DNA from: a virus
IMG/VR virus record: IMGVR_UViG_3300045988_107970
Coordinates: 32,001 to 96,000 of that record
Reading direction: 5' to 3' (one strand)
Length of the DNA stretch: 64,000 bases
The notes under the pieces: generated by a model
Databases searched by the model: none
What the model saw: only the letters and a program-made list of their open reading frames with translations
What the model was told of the DNA's origin: nothing
Shown here: positions 36,898 through 43,808 of the stretch, one piece after another
How positions within the stretch are numbered: the first letter of the stretch is position 1
How the letters are laid out: every line of letters begins with the position of its first letter
Translations under genes and position numbers: made by a program

Positions 36898-37794
36898 ATG
36901 AAACTTATCGACATCTATGAACAGCATTATCTACCCGAGAAAACACAGAAGAGGGCGGCATCCACCATAGCTGGATACGACTCGTCTATGCGTCTTCATG
37001 TACTTACGCGATGGGGCGAGTGCGAGATTGAAGACATCTGCCCTGATGATTTGCAGGAGTGGGTAGACTCGTTTGAAAAAGCTGGTGCAGGAGAGAAAGC
37101 GTTTAAATGTATTCGCCAAATCATCCGTTGGTGGATTCGCAAGAAGCGTCTACATATTATCGATCCAACCGCATACATAGAAGTAAACCATCCTAAACCT
37201 TATCGTCCAGATGTTTTAGACGCACAAGAGGTATCAGAGATGCTTCGTGGCATGTGGGGTCATTGGGCTGAAGCTGTAACTATCTGTGCTGTAACTCTTG
37301 GTTTGCGCCGTGGTGAAGCTTGCGCTCTCGAATGGTCTGATATCAATCTTAAGACTGGCGAAGTGCGTATCAGCAAGTCGCGTCAATATGTGAACGGTCA
37401 AATCATCACAGTAAAAACTAAGACAGAGAAGTCTACTAGGTCTTGCTATCTACCTAAGTTTGCACGTCAGCGCTTAAAGCAAATTAAAGGACATTGGCTT
37501 CTTATCGGTGATGTCTCTCCCGATAAAGCAGCTCGTGCCATCAAATCACAGTGCAAGAAGATGGGCGTGCCATATGTATCTATGACCAACATGCGCCATA
37601 CATGGGCTACACTTGCAATTGAAGCAGGAGTTGGCATCGAAACCGTTGCCATGATGCTTGGTCATACAGAGATTAGCACAGCATATAATCACTATATCGT
37701 TCCTCGTAAAACAATCTGCCAAGAAGCTCAGGCGGCTGTCGAGAAGCTGATATTCGACAAAGCTAGGAAGTCTAAAATAAGGGCTATAAGCTAA
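36898..37794 (+). CDS. tyrosine recombinase (arm-less, Rci/Xer-like), putative shufflon invertase
   Basis: 298 aa. Catalytic motifs LGLRRGEACAL, MRHTWATLAIEAG and LGHTEISTAYNHY. Its stop codon lies 1 nt before recombination site S1. Confidence 0.8.
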   Translation: MKLIDIYEQHYLPEKTQKRAASTIAGYDSSMRLHVLTRWGECEIEDICPDDLQEWVDSFEKAGAGEKAFKCIRQIIRWWIRKKRLHIIDPTAYIEVNHPKPYRPDVLDAQEVSEMLRGMWGHWAEAVTICAVTLGLRRGEACALEWSDINLKTGEVRISKSRQYVNGQIITVKTKTEKSTRSCYLPKFARQRLKQIKGHWLLIGDVSPDKAARAIKSQCKKMGVPYVSMTNMRHTWATLAIEAGVGIETVAMMLGHTEISTAYNHYIVPRKTICQEAQAAVEKLIFDKARKSKIRAIS

Positions 37795-37795
37795 C

Positions 37796-37813
37796 TGGGG
37801 ATTCCGTATCCCA
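37796..37813 (+). repeat. recombination site S1 (core ATTCCGTATCCC at 37801..37812)
   Basis: TGGGGATTCCGTATCCCA, forward orientation, partly palindromic. Confidence 0.8.
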
Positions 37814-38105
37814 AGCTCCTATAGAAGTGGCAAAGACAAGCGGGTCTACTTCATACGAATCATTTAAAGTAGATTTACCTACAACAAAAATGGGTTGTTT
37901 AATATGTGTCTACAACAATAGACCGCTATGTTCTACAGTGTTTCCCATATCTCATTTTATTAAAAATAATACAAAGGCAAGTGATTGTGTAGACTGCTAT
38001 TATGTTTCTGATATAAGTCTACATGCAACTGCTTATTATCAAAATGGATATTTATATTTACAGTCTGGCAATAAAGCTATAAGGGCAACCTTTGTTGTCT
38101 TTTAG
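37800..38105 (+). other. silent C-terminal cassette C1 (101 aa, starts DSVSQ)
   Basis: The frame is open from the site core through track ORF 37827..38105. No RBS or ATG at the head. Confidence 0.75.
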
Positions 38106-38106
38106 C

Positions 38107-38124
38107 ATAGCATTCCGTATCCCG
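38107..38124 (+). repeat. recombination site S2 (core 38112..38123)
   Basis: ATAGCATTCCGTATCCCG, forward orientation. Confidence 0.8.
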
Positions 38125-38362
38125 TATTATAAAAACAAAACAAATAGATACAAATACAGACCCTAATGGATATTTTGAAACAGGGCTTAACGCAAAGCAG
38201 ATTCCAATAGGAATTGGCGGATTGTACAATGCAAGATATGCATTTCATACTGGAACTGATGCACAACAGGGCAGAACAATTCGTCTTATGGCATGGGACG
38301 GCAGCGTAGGTGGATATTCAAATAAAAAAATAAATGTTATCGTTTATTATATTGAAGTTTAA
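38111..38362 (+). other. silent C-terminal cassette C2 (83 aa, starts HSVSR)
   Basis: Checked codon by codon: open from the core to TAA 38360..38362. Not listed in the ORF track. Confidence 0.75.
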
Positions 38363-38366
38363 TAGT

Positions 38367-38384
38367 TTAGCATTCCGTATCCCA
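38367..38384 (+). repeat. recombination site S3 (core 38372..38383)
   Basis: TTAGCATTCCGTATCCCA, forward orientation. Confidence 0.8.
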
Positions 38385-38664
38385 ATGTAAACCGCAATAT
38401 AAAATTTATGTTGGGTCGAGGGTGATAAACACCGCACAATCTTGGGGTACGCTATTTACAAAAGACGAATTTATATCCTCTTTTGGACGCGGATTTGATA
38501 ATTCAAGAGACAGCATATCAGTTATGAATGGAGATGCGAAAGCCAACAATATTACCGTTTTGGGTATTTCGTATTATCCGCAAGACGGTAAGTTGGTTGT
38601 TGCATTATCAGCGAACGGCGGCGGTGCTTTTAGGATCAATTATATCGTAGTTCTTGCTGAGTAG
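38371..38664 (+). other. silent C-terminal cassette C3 (97 aa, starts HSVSQ)
   Basis: Open from the core through track ORF 38422..38664, in the same frame. Confidence 0.75.
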
Positions 38665-38698
38665 ACGTTATTGGCATACGCATATAAGAAATCATGCG

Positions 38699-39031
38699 CT
38701 AGTTGATATACCATGAACAAATACCCCTGTTAATAGCACCAGATGTCGAAGCAGCAACTTGAAACCCAATTGCTCCGTTTGGATGGACATAGCCATATGC
38801 GCATACGTTGAGTATGTAGCCATTGGCATTTGTCACACATGATGGCGAATAAATTGTATGATCTGGTCGAAGATTTTCTGGAATGACATGTTCTATTCCC
38901 CAATACTCATTTGTTGATTGAGAAACAGTCCATACGAGCATACACGTGTGTCCAACACGCCGAATATGAACGTATGAGGAACTACCCGGTGCTCCGTATA
39001 GCACAAGCGTATCGTCTTGGGATACGGAATA
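38699..39031 (-). other. silent C-terminal cassette C4 (110 aa, starts YSVSQ)
   Basis: Open from the core through track ORF 38699..39004. Contains an IPENLRP motif. Confidence 0.75.
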
Positions 39032-39035
39032 CTAA
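39018..39035 (-). repeat. recombination site S4 (core 39019..39030)
   Basis: The minus strand reads TTAGTATTCCGTATCCCA. Confidence 0.8.
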
Positions 39036-39358
39036 GCTGGAATATTTAATATCGTTGCAGCAGTAGCCCAAATGTATTCTCCGTTAGCATTTGCTTTTAT
39101 TATTACTTCTCCATTATTATTTATTATACAATATCTTTGATAACTATAATTAGTAGCAACATTATCAGCTATGGCAAACACTATTTGCGCCGTTGGTCTA
39201 CAACCTTGTGGTAATGTGCATAAAGTTGTATATTCTGATTTAACATAGCAGTTTACTATTGTGATAAATAAAATATTGTTTATTTTTGAATAACATATAT
39301 AACCAACATTATTGTCCTTAACGTATTTGAATTGTCCATTAGTTTGGGATACGGAATA
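39032..39358 (-). other. silent C-terminal cassette C5 (108 aa, starts YSVSQ)
   Basis: Checked codon by codon: open. Not listed in the ORF track. Its TAG stop abuts the first codon of C4. Contains LPQGCRP. Confidence 0.75.
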
Positions 39359-39362
39359 CTAA
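39345..39362 (-). repeat. recombination site S5 (core 39346..39357)
   Basis: The minus strand reads TTAGTATTCCGTATCCCA. Back-to-back with S6. Confidence 0.8.
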
Positions 39363-39365
39363 GCA

Positions 39366-39383
39366 TGGGAATTCCGTATCCCA
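39366..39383 (+). repeat. recombination site S6 (core 39371..39382)
   Basis: TGGGAATTCCGTATCCCA, forward orientation, partly palindromic. Confidence 0.8.
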
Positions 39384-39723
39384 AATAAGCAATAGAGTAT
39401 TGCTTTGGAGCGGAACGGCTGGCAGAGGTGTGAAGATTACGATTAACAACGACTATTCATTTAAAAATTTCAAATCATTTTATTGCCTTACAAGTATCGA
39501 TAAAACAATCGGATTGCCGCTTGTAAGAAACTCTGAAATACAACAAGACCAGTATTTACACGGCGTTACTGGATGGGATGATGGCACGACAACATATACG
39601 CTTATTGGACTAATTAGAATAAACACAGAGACAACTGCGACCATTACGTCTATATCAAAACACGATATAGGTGGCAATGGTGGAATTGCTGGCAATTTAC
39701 TTAAACTATGGGGATATTACTAA
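39370..39723 (+). other. silent C-terminal cassette C6 (117 aa, starts NSVSQ)
   Basis: Open from the core through track ORF 39400..39723. Confidence 0.75.
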
Positions 39724-39726
39724 TCG

Positions 39727-40074
39727 TTACTTCCACATGCCTTTGACGTTATATTCTATAAACCCCACAGTAGTAGTATTGTTATCTGTAATATCTTGTT
39801 TTAATACATATACTCCAGTATTTACCAAGCTGATAGAAGCACCAGTGCCAGACAATATGAAAATACCCTTTTGTCCAGAACTATATATTGCAGAAGCGCC
39901 TTTATATAATAAACTAGTCAAAGGGAATGGAAAATCAATAGCTGGGACGGTAACACTGCCAACACCGCTTACTTTTTTTCCTCCCCAAAATTCTGCAAGA
40001 CCACTTTTCCACTTGCGATAAAACCAGATTCCTGATTCTCCCTGCGCGACAATATAGTCGTGGGATACGGAATG
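39727..40074 (-). other. silent C-terminal cassette C7 (115 aa, starts HSVSH)
   Basis: Checked codon by codon: open from the core through track ORF 39727..39921. Confidence 0.75.
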
Positions 40075-40078
40075 CTAT
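40061..40078 (-). repeat. recombination site S7 (core 40062..40073)
   Basis: The minus strand reads ATAGCATTCCGTATCCCA. Confidence 0.8.
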
Positions 40079-40425
40079 TAAATTTTTAAATACGTACAGC
40101 AACATTTAATTTGACCTAGAACTGTGTTAGACGGTAGTACATATTGCTTGATTTTGATTTCTCCACTTGTAGTGGTTCTTATCCAAAAGCTAATTGGATA
40201 AGAAGTCGTAGTGAATCCCAATACTGGAAGTTCAATATCGTATGTGCTAGGCGCGAAAGCAGACGGCATTGTCGCAAACGTTACATTTACATTTTTATTT
40301 GCGCTATTTCCAGCAACAACATCTACCCACATGGTTACGCAATTTTCTGTGCGCGTGATTGCGCCAGTTTGTATAACCCAACCATTAGCTCCCTTGCACG
40401 TATCTTTCGTCAGGGATACGGAATG
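40078..40425 (-). other. silent C-terminal cassette C8 (115 aa, starts HSVSL)
   Basis: Checked codon by codon: open from the core through track ORF 40078..40332. Confidence 0.75.
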
Positions 40426-40429
40426 CTAT
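40412..40429 (-). repeat. recombination site S8 (core 40413..40424)
   Basis: The minus strand reads ATAGCATTCCGTATCCCT. Confidence 0.8.
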
Positions 40430-40878
40430 TCAACAACAAAACAAAGAGAGCCGCTAAAGTAACGAGAACTATCTTCCTCACACCACGTGTCCACCTTGCC
40501 CATGGCATCAACGAATATTTGTCCAATTTTACTTGTTCCTCTTATATATCCAAAACCAATAGTATCGGCATTTGGTCTATATCCTTCTGGCAATACGCCT
40601 TTGGTTCCCAATGATGGCATATCATTCATAAGCACACATACTAAATGTCCAATACGAGTATATGCGCAATATCTATTACTTGCAATGCTCCCTTGTAGAC
40701 ATGTAAACTTAGTTGGGGATACGGAATCCCACAACGTTGTAATTTCATTGGCGACATTGTATGTACCGCCGTTGCCCTTGGCATTGTTAATTGTCAGTGT
40801 GCCACCAACAGATAGATTTCCAGCGATAGAATCGCCAGTCTTATTTACATAAACATCATCAAGATTAACCCAACTCAT
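40426..40878 (-). CDS. small tail-fibre / receptor-binding-like protein: 50-aa constant N-terminus fused to cassette C9
   Basis: AAAGGAAG RBS and ATG at 40878. The N-terminus SWVNLDDVYVNKTGDSIAGNLSVGGTLTINN is a fibre-type motif. Site S9 sits at codons 50-54 and the variable part is 40426..40728. Confidence 0.75.
   Translation of the reverse strand: MSWVNLDDVYVNKTGDSIAGNLSVGGTLTINNAKGNGGTYNVANEITTLWDSVSPTKFTCLQGSIASNRYCAYTRIGHLVCVLMNDMPSLGTKGVLPEGYRPNADTIGFGYIRGTSKIGQIFVDAMGKVDTWCEEDSSRYFSGSLCFVVE
40714..40731 (-). repeat. recombination site S9, the expression-locus junction (core 40716..40727)
   Basis: The minus strand reads TGGGATTCCGTATCCCCA. Lies inside the expressed CDS and encodes W-D-S-V-S. 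Confidence 0.8.
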
Positions 40879-40925
40879 ATTTTTACTTCCTTTCATTCAA
40901 ACTTTGATATATAATCAATCAAGAT

Positions 40926-41285
40926 TTACTGTTCAGTAGCTATCCAATACAAGTTGGTTGTAGCATCGTTATCATTTCCTACTACCTGAACCTTGAAATT
41001 AGAAGACGTGATATTAAGAACTTTTGCCTTAGCCGTTTTACTATTTAGAAAAGTAGGTATGAGAATAACATTCGGCACATTGTTAAAAGCTACACTGAAA
41101 TCTATAACTTTAATCACATCTGCACCAGCCGTAGTCGTAGAGATAGTTTCACAGCCAGCCTGAACACGTTTCATCTTATTGTAAATACTTTTAAAATCTT
41201 TTATAAACGCAAGGAGACTATCGACTTCCTCGCCTGTATATTTAAGCTTGTAATCAACTTCACTTAATTTAACTTCGTCAGCCAA
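40926..41285 (-). CDS. hypothetical structural protein
   Basis: 119-aa ORF with GGGAGG RBS. Confidence 0.45.
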   Translation of the reverse strand: MADEVKLSEVDYKLKYTGEEVDSLLAFIKDFKSIYNKMKRVQAGCETISTTTAGADVIKVIDFSVAFNNVPNVILIPTFLNSKTAKAKVLNITSSNFKVQVVGNDNDATTNLYWIATEQ

Positions 41286-41304
41286 CTCAATTACCTCCCA
41301 TCAA

Positions 41305-42198
41305 CTAACCAGTCTTGAACCAAATTGATTTAAGGCTCTTGCCAGAAGGCACATTTACCCAAACCAATTTGAAACTATGTTCTGATGAATTTATATATAT
41401 ACTCGGACTCCTCTTCAGCCACACAGCGTACAACGTGACGGTTGCGCCATTGGTAAAATTGTTGTTTGTGTACTGTCCGTCTGCGATATATGTTGCACTT
41501 GTGGCAGAACTGCTCGTAGACCAACCCAAGAACACATAATTGTTTCTAGTCGGTATTACACCAGATATCTTAGACACTGTATTTATCAAATGCGTCTGAC
41601 TTGAAGGAGCGCCTGAACCGCCGTTGGCATTATAGGCAAGAGTCATATTTGCAGCGTTAGTCCAGATAGCATACAGGGTAATATTCGAGTTTCCCGTATA
41701 TTGTCCACCAGCAGAGTACTTAACGCCAGTATCAGTGGCAGACGTACCCCAACCAGCAAATGTATACCCGCTTCTCGTTGGTTTGACAGAGGAGAGTGTT
41801 AATGTGATATCATGCTGCTTAGTCTGATTGCTTGGAGCACCTGAGCCACCGTTGGCATTGTAGGAAACTGTGTATGTCGGTCGCGCGACAGCTGGAACTG
41901 TGACAGTTGTGGTCGCATAATCTGTTCCGTGCGAAAATCCTGAACTGTCCCACCAAGCATGAACCGTATATGTACGATTGTTGTAAGATGTGCCGACACC
42001 ACGGGAAGCAGAGAAGTCGAAGCTGTTGCCGCTAAACGTCCATCTTTGATCGTAGATATCTCCTATGCCATCAATGCTTAGTGTAAATCTACAGCCCGGA
42101 CTACCTTGCCAAGTCGAACCATTGTTATAAAAATGGCCTGTGACATAAATAGTGCTATTATTGGCACTGGCAGATACACCTACGTATGGTAATGCCAT
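41305..42198 (-). CDS. InlB B-repeat (Listeria-Bacteroides repeat) containing protein
   Basis: Two repeats of the type YTVSYNANGGSGAPSNQTK...PTRSGYTFAGWGTS...YAIW. Confidence 0.65.
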   Translation of the reverse strand: MALPYVGVSASANNSTIYVTGHFYNNGSTWQGSPGCRFTLSIDGIGDIYDQRWTFSGNSFDFSASRGVGTSYNNRTYTVHAWWDSSGFSHGTDYATTTVTVPAVARPTYTVSYNANGGSGAPSNQTKQHDITLTLSSVKPTRSGYTFAGWGTSATDTGVKYSAGGQYTGNSNITLYAIWTNAANMTLAYNANGGSGAPSSQTHLINTVSKISGVIPTRNNYVFLGWSTSSSATSATYIADGQYTNNNFTNGATVTLYAVWLKRSPSIYINSSEHSFKLVWVNVPSGKSLKSIWFKTG

Positions 42199-42231
42199 AT
42201 AATCACCTCCAAATATTTATTTTTATATAAT

Positions 42232-42270
42232 AAAAAATAAAAAGGGGCGTAAGCGAAATACTCACACCCC
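42232..42270 (-). terminator. intrinsic terminator (minus strand)
   Basis: On the minus strand, a GGGGTGTGAG / CTTACGCCCC stem is followed by TTTTTATTTTTT. Confidence 0.55.
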
Positions 42271-42297
42271 TAATAAGGTTATGTATTTAGTTTTTAA

Positions 42298-42507
42298 TTA
42301 ACCTTCAAAAGTCCAAGGAATAGTGAATTCTGCATCCTCGTACCAAGATCCATCATGATAGTACTTACCAACATAATCATTACTTGCACTAGGAACGGCA
42401 ATAAAGCCTTCCATAGTAATCTCATAAGAACAAGTCATGCAACCAACGCACAAACCAGTGTCAAGTTCAATCTGTGCATAATTATACTGTAGTCTTTTTA
42501 CACTCAT
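42298..42507 (-). CDS. hypothetical protein
   Basis: 69-aa ORF overlapping the upstream stop. Confidence 0.4.
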   Translation of the reverse strand: MSVKRLQYNYAQIELDTGLCVGCMTCSYEITMEGFIAVPSASNDYVGKYYHDGSWYEDAEFTIPWTFEG

Positions 42508-42932
42508 ACGTGTTCATCCCTTCCGTAGAATACTTCAAGACTTATATCCTTAGAACATCCTACTGTTAGCATATTATTGGAAACTTGCGCTGTGATGTCA
42601 TACGCTGTTCCGTTAATAGTAACAGCCCCAATTTTTTGGATTGTAGAAAAATTTGTGTTTTTCATAGAACTTAGTGCTATATTCATTTTTACAGGATACG
42701 TCAATGAAGACACTTCAATAACATTGATAATAGATGGAACAGGCAAAGCTTTATTTGTTGATATTTGTCCATAAGAAGCAAAGGCAAACGCCTTTCCAGT
42801 GCCAGTCAATTTTACACCTTTGGCAAAAGCAATCATGCCAGATTGCATATCTGGCGCAGTAATGTTGCCCTCATCAGTATCGGTGTGCGTATATAATGCC
42901 TTGACTGGTACATCTCCTAAATACATCTTCAT
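42504..42932 (-). CDS. hypothetical structural protein
   Basis: 142-aa ORF with GAGGAGG RBS. Confidence 0.45.
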   Translation of the reverse strand: MKMYLGDVPVKALYTHTDTDEGNITAPDMQSGMIAFAKGVKLTGTGKAFAFASYGQISTNKALPVPSIINVIEVSSLTYPVKMNIALSSMKNTNFSTIQKIGAVTINGTAYDITAQVSNNMLTVGCSKDISLEVFYGRDEHV

Positions 42933-42997
42933 AATTCTACACCTCCTCTTAAATAAAAGAACTTTTACTTTGCTATATTATAGCAGAATAACGTCTA

Positions 42998-43567
42998 TTA
43001 ATTTGTCTGAATATAAAAAATTCCAGGCGTACTTGAAGTTGGTTCAGCAGTGCCAATGGTAATATCTGCTTTGGCATTCCACTTAGCACGCTCAGCGGCA
43101 GTGATGTGAATTGTAGTATTAGCAATATGAGCCTGAACTTTTTCTTTTGGCATCGCGCCGAGATTTGCAAGAGCTTCTGCGGCAGTAGTGGCACCAGTAC
43201 CACCCTTGGAGATCGGCACAGTGCCACTAGGTAAATTAGCAGCAGCAATTGTACCTGTAATTGCAGACGCATTGACAGAGGTAATGTCGGCAGCGGCATG
43301 TTTGTGTGAACTTGCAGCTTTCCCAGATAGCTTTGAATCGATTTCTGTTTCAGTATAATAACGGTCATCATGGGTATGCCCAGCGTTTGACTTGCCGTTT
43401 AGCTTTGAATCGATTTCTGTTTCAGTATAATAACGGTCATCATGGGTATGAGCGAAGTCTGTAATCTCAGCCTTGGTGTGTGTGTGGCCTGGCTTTGAGA
43501 ACTTTGCATTTGTCTTCTCAAGTAGATGTGTTAAACCAGCGCTGTCTAGAAACTTAGTTTCAGTCAT
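42998..43567 (-). CDS. tail-fibre-like protein with HTH-D-DRYYTETEIDSKL repeats
   Basis: A tandem 24-aa repeat and a KGGTGATTAAEALANLG motif shared with 34558..35379. Confidence 0.55.
   Translation of the reverse strand: MTETKFLDSAGLTHLLEKTNAKFSKPGHTHTKAEITDFAHTHDDRYYTETEIDSKLNGKSNAGHTHDDRYYTETEIDSKLSGKAASSHKHAAADITSVNASAITGTIAAANLPSGTVPISKGGTGATTAAEALANLGAMPKEKVQAHIANTTIHITAAERAKWNAKADITIGTAEPTSSTPGIFYIQTN
43329..43450 (-). repeat. 72-nt-period tandem coding repeat with 50 nt of perfect identity
   Basis: 43329..43378 is identical to 43401..43450. Confidence 0.85.
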
Positions 43568-43594
43568 GTAACCACGTCCTTTCGATATGTTTTA

Positions 43595-43778
43595 TTTTTT
43601 AATGTCATCACCCCACCCACTTTCAAATAAAAGTATCTGATGAAGTAGGGGGGGTGATGACATTAAAAAATAATTTGTATAAAAAATAATTACCCTACAA
43701 TTGTTATTATTCTGACAATTGTAGGGTAAACGGTAGGGTAGAGGGGTGGGGAAGAGGTGTATATACCTCTTCCTCCCC
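43595..43778. promoter_or_regulatory. three strong hairpins in one late intergenic region
   Basis: A 20-bp perfect inverted repeat (43595..43614 / 43651..43670), a 13-bp perfect inverted repeat (43692..43704 / 43715..43727), and an 8-11-bp stem (43748..43758 / 43765..43775). Confidence 0.55.
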
Positions 43779-43808
43779 ACTTAAAACCCTTATTTTATTT
43801 TTGTTATG

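Noticed and set aside
37796-40731. Nine regularly recurring short repeats could be mistaken for a CRISPR array.
   Set aside because: The repeats are only 12-18 bp and occur in both orientations. They are spaced about 250-350 bp apart and lie in-frame at the head of coding segments. No cas genes are present.
36898-40878. A diversity-generating retroelement or a Gin/Cin-type serine invertase as the source of fibre variation.
   Set aside because: No reverse transcriptase and no template/variable repeat pair is visible. The only adjacent recombinase has tyrosine-recombinase motifs (RHTW and LGH...Y), not a serine-invertase N-terminus.
43592-43780. A 62-aa - strand ORF.
   Set aside because: It lies entirely within the hairpin-rich intergenic region, has no RBS, and its sequence is dictated by the palindromes.
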